A DNA stretch of 64,000 nucleotides. Source: a virus. Position numbers and translations under genes: made by a program. The stretch is from positions 1-64,000 of IMG/VR virus record IMGVR_UViG_3300025646_000012; one strand, given 5' to 3'. Of this stretch, positions 33,793 to 43,568 are shown in pieces (within the stretch, counting starts at the first letter, position 1; every line of letters starts with the position of its first letter). Below the pieces are notes generated by a model, which was given only the letters and a program-made list of their open reading frames with translations, ran no database searches and had not been told where the DNA came from.

Positions 33793-34947
33793 ATGGTCAA
33801 TAGAATCAATAATAATTTACCACCTTTTCTTGTAAAATCTGAAGATGTAAGTAAAAATAATCTTTTTACCGTATCTAATGTAAATCAAGGTGTTAAATTA
33901 TCAAGTTATGCTTATACTGATAGTACTGGTACTCTTGATACTATTTTGGTTAGTATTTTAAGAAGATTTTTCTATAATGATTCTTCTTTAGCATCTGATA
34001 TTAATATATTAAATATTGGAAAATTTCTTAGTGATTCTACTGGCGTAATAACCGACATTTTAAATTATGATTTTTCTAAAAGATTTATAGAAGGAACGGA
34101 TCCTTCTACAGATCAATTTGTTTATAGTGCCTTAAAAGCCATTCTAGATTCCGCATCACCTATAGATTTTATTAATTTTAACTTTAATAAAACTCTTAAT
34201 GATAATATAACTGTATCAGAAAGATTAAGTTTATCTAAATCCAAACTAGTTGATAGTAGCGTTACTTCTGCTTTAGATCTTCTAGGTATTGATGATGGTA
34301 TTACATATGGATTGAGTAAAGTCTTTAATGATAGCATTAATGTATCTGATCTCTTTACATCTCTTTATGCGGTAGGTAGACAACCTTTAGATTCATCGTC
34401 TATATCAGACGTAAATACCATATCATTTGATAAAGTTAATTTTGATTCTTCCACAATTTCAGAAGATCATATCTATACGCTAGATAAAATTCTAAATGAT
34501 AGTAGTTTTATATCAGAATTATTAGCTAATTCTCTTACAAAACCTTTTTCAGATTCAGAAGAAGCTACTGATCTTATTTCTCTAGAATCACATAAGGTTT
34601 TCTTTGATTCCATAGAATCACCAACCGATTTAATTAATACATTAGCGGTTGTAAAAAATCTTAATGATTCACTTAATCCAAGTGAAATTTTAAATTATAA
34701 TATTGATAAAATAATAACTAGTGAAGTTCTATCTCCTATAGAAATATTAGTTAGAAACTTTTCTAAATCCTTGACTGATAGTTCCTTTGCAACCGATCTT
34801 CCCCAATTGAATTTGAACAAACCAAATTTTGCAGATGATAGCGTTAATATTAGTGATACAGGATTGATTTCTGTCCAAGATTATTTCTTAGAAATATATG
34901 TGTCTGATTTACAACCTTATGTTGAAAAATCAAATACCACTTTCTAA
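33793..34947 (+). CDS. virion fibre protein with about 18-aa K-x-x-x-D-S repeats
   Basis: Recurring K.(L/F).DS....(D/E) units. Confidence 0.7.
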   Translation: MVNRINNNLPPFLVKSEDVSKNNLFTVSNVNQGVKLSSYAYTDSTGTLDTILVSILRRFFYNDSSLASDINILNIGKFLSDSTGVITDILNYDFSKRFIEGTDPSTDQFVYSALKAILDSASPIDFINFNFNKTLNDNITVSERLSLSKSKLVDSSVTSALDLLGIDDGITYGLSKVFNDSINVSDLFTSLYAVGRQPLDSSSISDVNTISFDKVNFDSSTISEDHIYTLDKILNDSSFISELLANSLTKPFSDSEEATDLISLESHKVFFDSIESPTDLINTLAVVKNLNDSLNPSEILNYNIDKIITSEVLSPIEILVRNFSKSLTDSSFATDLPQLNLNKPNFADDSVNISDTGLISVQDYFLEIYVSDLQPYVEKSNTTF

Positions 34948-34951
34948 TTTA

Positions 34952-34959
34952 TATAAATA
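34952..34959 (+). promoter_or_regulatory. late promoter
   Basis: TATAAATA. Confidence 0.75.
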
Positions 34960-35006
34960 ACCACATAACCATTCAAATTACCCTAGATATTAGGAGAAAA
35001 ATAAAA

Positions 35007-35450
35007 ATGATAAACGATATCGTTAAACCAAAAGGTAATCTTCAAATTCTTTTGACTGGACCTGATGGTATTGTTAAAACCAATCATAATGTAGATAACC
35101 TAGTTGTAACTACTGGTAAACAGTGGATTGCAGCTCGTATGTATGATTCCGCAGAACCTGCACAAATGTCACATATGGCAGTTGGTACAGATAATACAGC
35201 GGCGGACGTTGCAGATACTACTTTGGCTGTTGAAGCTGCTCGTGTAGCTTTAACTTCAACAACTGTTTCAACTAATACTACTCAGTATGTAGCTTCATTC
35301 CCAGCAGGTACTGGTACTGGTGCTCTTGTTGAAGCTGGTATCTTAAATGACTCTTCAGCTGGTACTCTACTTTGCAGAACTGTGTTCCCAGTTGTTAACA
35401 AAGGTGCTGATGACACTCTATCTATTACCTGGACTATTACAATTAACTAA
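35007..35450 (+). CDS. tail-fibre base / collar protein
   Basis: NLVVTTG...IA.R, HMAVGT, EAGI.N....GTL..RTVF.VVNK...D.L.ITW.IT. Confidence 0.7.
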   Translation: MINDIVKPKGNLQILLTGPDGIVKTNHNVDNLVVTTGKQWIAARMYDSAEPAQMSHMAVGTDNTAADVADTTLAVEAARVALTSTTVSTNTTQYVASFPAGTGTGALVEAGILNDSSAGTLLCRTVFPVVNKGADDTLSITWTITIN

Positions 35451-35497
35451 TTAATTAATTTAATAAGTAATTGTAATTTATTGGGAGTATAATAGGC

Positions 35498-38400
35498 GTG
35501 ACTAGTATTACATTAAGATCTGTAAAAGGATCACCGCTTACAAATAATGAAGTTGATTCAAACTTTAATAGTCTTAATGTATATAAAGTTGAATTAACTG
35601 ATTCAACAGGATCAATCATTGTTCCTGCTGGTACCACTGCTGAAAGGGATGATAGCCCTGTCAATGGGTATTTAAGGTATAATACCGAGACAGATAAGCT
35701 AGAGGTATATGCAGGAGGTAGTTGGTCCAATATTGGTGAACTTACATCATCAATATCTTATAATACTTCCAATGGTACTTTAACTCTAACAACAAGTGAT
35801 AGTAGTTATACAACTGTCATAAATTTACAACCTTTTACCACTACAAATCTAACCGAAGGTGATAATCAGTACTTTACAACTGCTCGAGCAAGAAACTCTT
35901 TAGTAGCAGGTTCTGGTATTCTATATGATTCTGCTACTGGTGTTATTAGCCAAGGAGAATCACCATTTGATTTATTTGACTCGGCTGATTTTGATATTTC
36001 TTTTGCAGCTAAAACTACAGATGATCTTACTGAAGGTTCTACCAATCTTTATTATGATTCAGCTACAACTGTAACTGTAGCAAGAAATTCTGTAAGTGTT
36101 ACTGATGCAGGTGGTGATGGTAGTTTAACATATAATGCTGGTACTGGTGTTATAACTTATACTGGTCCAAGTGCGTCTGAAGTTAGAGCACATATCTCTG
36201 CAGGCACTGGCGTATCTATTACGGACGGTCAAATATCAATTGGCCAAGCAGTAGCAACAACTAGTGATGTAACCTTTGCGCAGATTACCGGCGATTCAGC
36301 TATTCTTGATGCAATTGCATTTAATGCTCAAACTTTTCCACCAGGCGGTGGAGCTATTCCTGGTACTCTATTCTGGGATTCAGATGAACAAAAAGGTCTT
36401 AGCTTTGTAACAAGAACCCGTGAAGGATTTGTTGGTGCTACTATTAACGTAGGTCAAGAATTACTGGTTTACGTTCATAACCAAACCGGCGAACAAATTA
36501 ATAATGGTGACGTTGTTTATGTCTCTGGTACTGCACATGGTTTACACCCATCAATTACAAAAGCGCAAGCAAACGTAGGTGCACCAGGTCAATTCCTGGT
36601 TGCTACTCAGGACATTGCCGATAATGCTCATGGTTATGTCACCAAATTTGGTTTAGTAAGAGATGTTAATACCGGAGGATTAGTTGCTGGTGATGATATT
36701 TACCTTTCAGCTGACTCAGCTGGTAAATGGACAACTACTTCTGTAACAATTGATAATGGATATCCTGCCCATATAGGTGTAGTTGTTAAGGTTGATTCTT
36801 CAGAAGGTACAATCCTTGTTGATCCTTGGAACGAAAACTTTGAATATCTTCGTATTGAAGATCGTTTAAAAGTAACAGGATCTATTGAAGGTTCAACACT
36901 TTCACTTGACTCAAGTGCTTACTTTACACCAATTGATCAGCTTGTACGTCCTACTTACCTTGAAGGTACTGTATGGTATGACGAAGATGAAAAAGGTTTA
37001 GCTTTCCACGGTCCAGACTCAGAATTTACACATTATATTGACCAAAGAGATTTGGTAAGAGGCCGTAATAGTTCAGGTTCTTTAATTCCAAAAGGTACCC
37101 CAGTTTATACTGATGGTGTACATATTCCAGGTAACCCAGTTCACGGTCACCATCCTTTGATTTATCCTGCCGATGCAGCTGATGCCGCTAAGTACGAAGT
37201 AATTGGTATTACTGCTCATGACATTGCTGATGGTGCACATGGCTGGATAGTTGCACGTGGTTGGATTCAAGGAATTAATACTGCAGGTCTTGTATCTGGT
37301 GATAGATTCCATCTTGCTCCTGGTGGTGGTTTCCAATCTGCTGCACCATCATATCCTAACTATCCAATTGATCTTGGTATTGCTCTTACTGTTGATTCAA
37401 CCGGCGGTGGTGGATCAATCTATGTTGATATTAATAGCCATACCCAAGAACAAATTAGAATTACAGGAGATGGCCGTGTAGATGGAAACTGGACAATTGG
37501 AGGCAACTTAAACGTTGTTGGTACAACAACATCTACAGTTAATCAGTCTGTTACAGTACCAAGTCAATTTATTAGATTGGTTGATGGTAATACAGTTGGA
37601 ACAGGATTTCTTGGTACTACTGGTGCAGGCGGTTTAAATGACGCTACGTTCATTGGAAAATATTTAGGTGACTCTGATCTTTATTATTTTGTACGTATAA
37701 GTGCAATCGATTCTGCAGGTGGTGGTGGAGATACCATTGAATGGGGTATCTCAGACTCTGCTACGATGGGTTATGGTTCACTCTTAGGAGGTTATGGTTA
37801 CGGTCTTGGGTTTGAATCAGATGGCGGTCAAGCTACATGGAAACTTGGGGTAGATGGTACAATTGCACCACTTAGAAATGGTATCTCTATCCAGTTTATT
37901 AACTCTACCGGACACAAAGACTCAGATGAATGGGTAGCTAATCCAGTAGAGATTAATCTTGATCTTGGTCTAATTGGTAACTATAACCCAACTGGACCGG
38001 GCGGCTTAAGATATACTGGTATATTTAGAGATGTTACAGATAGCCGTTGGAAATTCTTTGAAGGCTATGATTCCTCAATTGATTCATCAACAACTATAAT
38101 TAATACATCTAATCCAGGTTTTACTTTATCTGATGTTCAAGCTGGTACATTCTACGGTGCACTAAGCGGTAATGCATCAAGTGCAACTACTGCTACACAA
38201 CTTACAACCGGTAGAACATTTAGCCTAACTGGGGATATTACTGCAACTGGCGTATCCTTTGATGGTACTGGAAACGTACAACTTACTACAGTATATAATC
38301 CAGGTTCTATTGTAAATGACGATATTAATGCTTCTGCAGCAATTGCTGATACAAAACTTGCTACAATCAGTAGTTCAGGTAAAGTTCAGAACTCAGCAAC

Positions 38401-40006
38401 TACTGCTACAAATGCAAACACAGCTTCAGCAATTGTAGCAAGAGATGCATCAGGTAACTTCTCTGCAGGTACAATTACCGCAGATATTAATAGAGACGCG
38501 TTTACAACAGTAACCGCTGGAGTATACGGTTCTGCTGCACTAGTACCAGTTATTACAGTAGATGCAAACGGCTTTATTGATAGTATTGGTGAAGTTTCAG
38601 TTGCAGGTGTTTCAGCAACAACATTTGATTCTGCGACTGCTACATACACAATCTCTACCGCAGATGGTGGTTCTTATGCAACAAGAGTATATTCACAAGA
38701 ATTAACAAGAACAGCGGTTAGTGCTGGTACTGGTATAACTTATAGTAGCTCAACAGGTGTTATTGCAACAAATGATGGAGCTATTGTTCACGATAACCTA
38801 TCAGGTTTTGTTTCCAACGAACACATAGATCACTCTACTGTTTCAATTACTGCAGGTGCTGGTTTAACCGGCGGTGGCACAATTGCAGCAACAAGAACTC
38901 TTAATATTGGTGCTGGTACTGGTATCACAGTTAATGCAGATGATATTGCAATTAGTAATACTGGTGTGGTTGCAGCAACATATGGCGATTCATCAACAAT
39001 CCCAAGAATTACTGTTAATGCTCAAGGTCAAATTACGGCTGTAGTGGGAGCAACTGTTAATATTCCTCCTGGTTATGGTGATGCTGATGTTGATGCGCAT
39101 CTATCCGGTGGTACTGGTATTACCTATAGTGCAGGTGTAATCAGTACTAATGATGGGCAAATTATTCACGATAACCTATCAGGTTTTGTATCTGATGAAC
39201 ACGTAGCTCACTCTGGAGTTACCATTACGGCTGGTTCCGGTTTAACTGGTGGTGGTACAATTGCTGCCTCAAGAACACTAAATGTTGGCGCCGGTTCTTA
39301 TATTATAGTTAATGCTGACGATGTTGCTGTAGATGCTACATCTGCTAATACTGCCTCAAAGGTTGTGGCAAGAGATGCTTCCGGAAACTTCTCTGCAGGA
39401 ACAATTACTGCGACTCTTACAGGTAATGCTTCTACCGCAACTACCCTACAAACGGCTAGAACAATTGGTGGTGTATCATTTGATGGTTCTGCTAATATCA
39501 ACTTACCGGGTGTTAATACAACAGGTAACCAGAATACTACAGGTAACGCAGCTTCAGCTACATATGCATCAGCTGTAACATTAACCGCAGATAATAGTAC
39601 TGATGCAACTAACTATCCTTTATTTGCAAATGCTGCTACTGGTAACCTATCACCAAGAACCGATACTGGGTTAACATATAATCCATCAACTGGTGTATTA
39701 ACATCCACAACATTTACTGGTGCATTAAGCGGAAATGCTTCTACCGCTACTGCATTACAAACGGCTAGAACTATCGGTGGGGTAAGCTTTGATGGTACTG
39801 CCAATATTAACTTGCCTGGAGTTAATACTACTGGTAACCAAAACACAACTGGTACTGCTGCAGGTATTACCGGATATAGTGGAACATATTGGACTTCTAA
39901 TAACGACGGTGCCGGTACTGGTCTTGATGCAGATTTACTTGATGGTCAACATGGATCTTACTATCGTATCGATGTTTATAACGCGGCAGGTACATTATTG
40001 AACTGA
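35498..40006 (+). CDS. long tail fibre protein, 1502 aa
   Basis: LR..KGSPLT..EVD.NF N-terminus; T/G/S/A-rich repeats; ARTIGGVSFDG; LDADLLDG near the C-terminus. Confidence 0.85.
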   Translation: MTSITLRSVKGSPLTNNEVDSNFNSLNVYKVELTDSTGSIIVPAGTTAERDDSPVNGYLRYNTETDKLEVYAGGSWSNIGELTSSISYNTSNGTLTLTTSDSSYTTVINLQPFTTTNLTEGDNQYFTTARARNSLVAGSGILYDSATGVISQGESPFDLFDSADFDISFAAKTTDDLTEGSTNLYYDSATTVTVARNSVSVTDAGGDGSLTYNAGTGVITYTGPSASEVRAHISAGTGVSITDGQISIGQAVATTSDVTFAQITGDSAILDAIAFNAQTFPPGGGAIPGTLFWDSDEQKGLSFVTRTREGFVGATINVGQELLVYVHNQTGEQINNGDVVYVSGTAHGLHPSITKAQANVGAPGQFLVATQDIADNAHGYVTKFGLVRDVNTGGLVAGDDIYLSADSAGKWTTTSVTIDNGYPAHIGVVVKVDSSEGTILVDPWNENFEYLRIEDRLKVTGSIEGSTLSLDSSAYFTPIDQLVRPTYLEGTVWYDEDEKGLAFHGPDSEFTHYIDQRDLVRGRNSSGSLIPKGTPVYTDGVHIPGNPVHGHHPLIYPADAADAAKYEVIGITAHDIADGAHGWIVARGWIQGINTAGLVSGDRFHLAPGGGFQSAAPSYPNYPIDLGIALTVDSTGGGGSIYVDINSHTQEQIRITGDGRVDGNWTIGGNLNVVGTTTSTVNQSVTVPSQFIRLVDGNTVGTGFLGTTGAGGLNDATFIGKYLGDSDLYYFVRISAIDSAGGGGDTIEWGISDSATMGYGSLLGGYGYGLGFESDGGQATWKLGVDGTIAPLRNGISIQFINSTGHKDSDEWVANPVEINLDLGLIGNYNPTGPGGLRYTGIFRDVTDSRWKFFEGYDSSIDSSTTIINTSNPGFTLSDVQAGTFYGALSGNASSATTATQLTTGRTFSLTGDITATGVSFDGTGNVQLTTVYNPGSIVNDDINASAAIADTKLATISSSGKVQNSATTATNANTASAIVARDASGNFSAGTITADINRDAFTTVTAGVYGSAALVPVITVDANGFIDSIGEVSVAGVSATTFDSATATYTISTADGGSYATRVYSQELTRTAVSAGTGITYSSSTGVIATNDGAIVHDNLSGFVSNEHIDHSTVSITAGAGLTGGGTIAATRTLNIGAGTGITVNADDIAISNTGVVAATYGDSSTIPRITVNAQGQITAVVGATVNIPPGYGDADVDAHLSGGTGITYSAGVISTNDGQIIHDNLSGFVSDEHVAHSGVTITAGSGLTGGGTIAASRTLNVGAGSYIIVNADDVAVDATSANTASKVVARDASGNFSAGTITATLTGNASTATTLQTARTIGGVSFDGSANINLPGVNTTGNQNTTGNAASATYASAVTLTADNSTDATNYPLFANAATGNLSPRTDTGLTYNPSTGVLTSTTFTGALSGNASTATALQTARTIGGVSFDGTANINLPGVNTTGNQNTTGTAAGITGYSGTYWTSNNDGAGTGLDADLLDGQHGSYYRIDVYNAAGTLLN

Positions 40007-40012
40007 TAAATA
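40005..40012 (+). promoter_or_regulatory. late promoter variant GATAAATA (also at 42383-42390 and 47548-47555)
   Basis: One mismatch from TATAAATA; lies just upstream of gp13, gp15 and gp20 respectively. Confidence 0.55.
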
Positions 40013-40033
40013 CTTAAAAAAGGATTTAATATA

Positions 40034-40789
40034 ATGGCTGTAGTCAGTTCAAGACAAGGACTTATAGATCATTGCCTAAGAAGATTAGGTGCTCCTGTAA
40101 TTGAAATTAACGTCGATGATGATCAAATTGAAGATCGCGTTGATGATGCATTACAATTTTATCAGGAATATCATTCTGATGCAACATCTAGAATCTATTA
40201 TGCTTATCAATTTACTCAAGCAGATTTAGATAACGCATATATCACATTACCGGATAATACCTTATTTGTTATTCGTGCGTTACCTCTTACTCAATCATAT
40301 GCAGCATCTAGAAGTTTCTTTGATGTAAAATATCAGTTAATGTTAAATGATATGGCACAAATGGGAACTTATATTGGTGATCTTGCTTATTACGAGCAAA
40401 TGCAGCAATATATTTCCTTACTTGATAGACAATTAAGTGGTATGCCACAGGTTTCATATCGCAGACATCAAAATAGATTGCTTTGGTATAGTGATATGAA
40501 TGACCAAGATATTAGAGTTAATGATTATATTGTTTTGGAAATGTACACTATAATTGATCCACAAACTCATACCAAAATCTATAATGATATGTTTGTAAAA
40601 GATTATACAACCCAGCTAATTAAACAACAGTGGGGTGCCAATCTTATCAAGTTTGAGGGTATGCAACTTCCCGGTGGTGTTACATTAAATGGTAGACAAC
40701 TCTACGATGATGCTACTTCAGAAATAGCAACATTAAGAGAAAATATGAGATTGGAACACGAACTCCCGCCTGATTTCTTTGTGGGTTAA
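40034..40789 (+). CDS. gp13: neck protein
   Basis: CLRRLGAPVIEINV..DQ.EDR...ALQ, K.QWG.NL.KF.G.QLPGGVTLNG. Confidence 0.95.
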   Translation: MAVVSSRQGLIDHCLRRLGAPVIEINVDDDQIEDRVDDALQFYQEYHSDATSRIYYAYQFTQADLDNAYITLPDNTLFVIRALPLTQSYAASRSFFDVKYQLMLNDMAQMGTYIGDLAYYEQMQQYISLLDRQLSGMPQVSYRRHQNRLLWYSDMNDQDIRVNDYIVLEMYTIIDPQTHTKIYNDMFVKDYTTQLIKQQWGANLIKFEGMQLPGGVTLNGRQLYDDATSEIATLRENMRLEHELPPDFFVG

Positions 40790-40791
40790 TT

Positions 40792-41667
40792 ATGGCTACA
40801 AACCATTATTTTAATCAAGGTACAACCACAGAACAACTTCTGTATGAAGATATTGTCATTGAATCTTTAAAGATCTTTGGCCAAGATGTTGTGTATCTTC
40901 CCAGAGAATTAACTAATAAAGATACCATTTTTAATGATGATTCCATTTCTAAATTTACAAAATATAATAAAATAGAAATGTATATTGAAAATATAGAAGG
41001 TTTTGATGGAGAAGGTGATCTATTTACAAAATTTGGTGTAGAGATTCGTGATGAAGCTTCCTTTATTGTATCAAGACGTCGTTGGAATAGATTAGTAAAA
41101 TCAGAAAATAATCCAATTCAATTTTATAGACCTAGGGAAGGAGATTTAATTTATCTTCCTTTATCTAGATCAATTTTTGAAATTCAAAAAGTTGAAACTG
41201 AATCGCCTTTTTATCAATTAAAAAATCTTCCAGTATTTAGATTAAGAGCTAGCCTGTTTGAATACAATGATGAAGATTTTGATACGGGAATTGATGCAAT
41301 TGATACGGTTGAGTCTGTAGGTGCTTATCAAAATGCCCTTACTCTATCAACAACACCAATGTCATTCATTGTTGGTGAAACCGTTACACAAACACTTGCA
41401 AGTGGTGTTGTAATGAGAGGTGAAGTTACCGAAAAGAATGATTCCGATAGTATTCTATATATTGCGCACATAGGATCAAATGATGGTACATTTGGTCAGT
41501 TTACCACTGGAACCATTATTGGATCAACTTCTTCTGCTACTGCTACTGTAACTGCTGTAGGCGAAAGAAATAATATTGATCCGAATAATCAAAATTCAAT
41601 CTTCAGTAATATTGATTTTATAGATTTTAGTGAAACAAATCCATTTGGAGATCCTAATATTACATAA
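40792..41667 (+). CDS. gp14: neck protein
   Basis: EQ.L.ED...ES....GQDV.Y.PR, GF.G.GD..TKFG, RP.EGDLIY, DFSE.NPFG. Confidence 0.95.
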   Translation: MATNHYFNQGTTTEQLLYEDIVIESLKIFGQDVVYLPRELTNKDTIFNDDSISKFTKYNKIEMYIENIEGFDGEGDLFTKFGVEIRDEASFIVSRRRWNRLVKSENNPIQFYRPREGDLIYLPLSRSIFEIQKVETESPFYQLKNLPVFRLRASLFEYNDEDFDTGIDAIDTVESVGAYQNALTLSTTPMSFIVGETVTQTLASGVVMRGEVTEKNDSDSILYIAHIGSNDGTFGQFTTGTIIGSTSSATATVTAVGERNNIDPNNQNSIFSNIDFIDFSETNPFGDPNIT

Positions 41668-42371
41668 TGAAAATTTTATTATATCAATATTTTGATCCAC
41701 CAATAAATTTTAATAAAAATTATTGGGATTATTCAATTTCATCTATTAAAAAATATGCGGAAAAAATAGATGTTGAATATGAATTTATATCAGGGGGAGC
41801 ACCTTATCACCCTCAGTATGGTATACTAATACCTTTTATAGAAAGATGGTGTGATGATTATGATTTGTTAATTTATGTTGACTGTGATATATTAGCAACT
41901 TCAAATAGTAAAAATATTGTTGAATATGTAAATTTTGAAAATATTAATATAAATCATATGAATACAGGCCCTCTTATAGTAGATCCAATTGAATCACAAA
42001 GCCCTTGGTTTGAAGACGGTCATGCAAATTCTGGTGTTGTTGTATTTCCTAAAAAAATCTATTTAGATTTTATTAATTATTTGGGTAATTTAAAACACCA
42101 TTGGGCTAGAGATAAACTTAATGGTAATTTTAATGCTCCTAACACTTTCGGCGGTGGTGATCAACAAATTTTAAATATGTACGCAAAAGAAAATAATAGA
42201 AAACTATCAAACTTACATTATGATTTTAATTTTCACATGTCAAGATATGATCAAAGTCAAAGATTTTGTAGTTCATTAATACATTATCACGGTGGTTTAT
42301 CCAAGCGAAGAAATAATAATAATAGAAAATTAATGATAGAAGATTATTTCTGTGATAAAATATTAAAATAG
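41667..42371 (+). CDS. GT-A fold glycosyltransferase-like protein
   Basis: YA.KI...Y, YVDCDI (DxD), NSGVV, GDQ..LN, IHY; very AT-rich. Confidence 0.78.
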   Translation: MKILLYQYFDPPINFNKNYWDYSISSIKKYAEKIDVEYEFISGGAPYHPQYGILIPFIERWCDDYDLLIYVDCDILATSNSKNIVEYVNFENININHMNTGPLIVDPIESQSPWFEDGHANSGVVVFPKKIYLDFINYLGNLKHHWARDKLNGNFNAPNTFGGGDQQILNMYAKENNRKLSNLHYDFNFHMSRYDQSQRFCSSLIHYHGGLSKRRNNNNRKLMIEDYFCDKILK

Positions 42372-42414
42372 ATTTTTATTTTGATAAATATATTAATAAC
42401 CTGGAGTTAAATTA

Positions 42415-43203
42415 ATGTTCGGCACATATTTTTATCATCAAAGAATCAGAAAATCTGTAGCCGTTTTTGGTGCTTTATTCAATAATTTATATGTTCTAAG
42501 AAAAGATGCGGCTGGAGCTGTTATTAGTCAAGTTAAAGTTCCATTAAGTTATGCACCAAAAAGGGACTTTATTGATAGAATTGCCAATATGGCAAAAGGT
42601 GAAGAAGCTGAACGTTTAATTGCGGTAAAACTTCCTCGTATGTCCTTTGAAATAATTGCTATTACTTATGATTCAACCAGACAATTATCCAAAACAAATA
42701 ATTTTGGTTTAACCAGTCCAACAGGTACTGGATTTAAAAGTAAATTTTTTGCACCGGTTCCATATAATATTAATTTTCAATTAAATATCTATGCTAAAAC
42801 TCATGATGACGCTCTACAAGTTGTAGAGCAAATTATACCATATTTTAATCCTCAGTATACTCTTACCATAAAACCTATTGAAAATTATACATCAATAAAA
42901 GAAGATAGTCAAGTTATTCTTCAAGCTGTTTCATTTACTGATGATTATGAAGGTGCTCTTGAACAAAGACGTAGTATAATATATACTCTTGACTTTGAAA
43001 TGAAAATTAATTTCTATGGTCCTGTTAATGATGGAAAAATTATTCGTAAAGCAGATGTTGATCTATATTCAATGGGCACTGGATTAAATGATTCGGATGA
43101 ATTCCTTGAAAAGATTCGAGTTCTACCTGATCCTGCCGATGCTAGTCCAGACAGCGATTATGGATTTACAACATTAATATTTGGAGCTTTAGATAGTGCA
43201 TGA
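42415..43203 (+). CDS. gp15: tail sheath stabilizer / terminator
   Basis: YFYH..IRK....FG.LFN, VPL.YAPK, LPRMSFE, PVPY, EQI.PYF.P. Confidence 0.95.
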   Translation: MFGTYFYHQRIRKSVAVFGALFNNLYVLRKDAAGAVISQVKVPLSYAPKRDFIDRIANMAKGEEAERLIAVKLPRMSFEIIAITYDSTRQLSKTNNFGLTSPTGTGFKSKFFAPVPYNINFQLNIYAKTHDDALQVVEQIIPYFNPQYTLTIKPIENYTSIKEDSQVILQAVSFTDDYEGALEQRRSIIYTLDFEMKINFYGPVNDGKIIRKADVDLYSMGTGLNDSDEFLEKIRVLPDPADASPDSDYGFTTLIFGALDSA

Positions 43204-43568
43204 TTGATTCTGATATTAAAGATAATGATTTTGAATATGCTAGACAAGTTTATCATGACATCTTGGTAAAAGGTTCCGAAGCTATGGATGATATGATGGA
43301 AGTTGCTAGATCAACTGAACATCCAAGAGCTTTTGAAGTTCTTTCTACAATGATGAAAACCCTTGCTGATGTAAATGGTAATCTTTTAGATCTTCATAAA
43401 AAGAAAAAAGATATTGATAAAAAAGATATAGCTGCTTTACCTATACAACAAAGTGGTACTACTAATAATCTATTTGTGGGATCAACTACGGAACTACAAA
43501 GATTCCTATTGAATCAGAATAGATCTGATAATGTAATTGATATAAATCAATACCAAAAAGATGAATGA
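43200..43568 (+). CDS. gp16: terminase small subunit
   Basis: D.EYAR, A...EHPRAFEV, NNLFVGST.EL. Confidence 0.9.
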   Translation: MIDSDIKDNDFEYARQVYHDILVKGSEAMDDMMEVARSTEHPRAFEVLSTMMKTLADVNGNLLDLHKKKKDIDKKDIAALPIQQSGTTNNLFVGSTTELQRFLLNQNRSDNVIDINQYQKDE

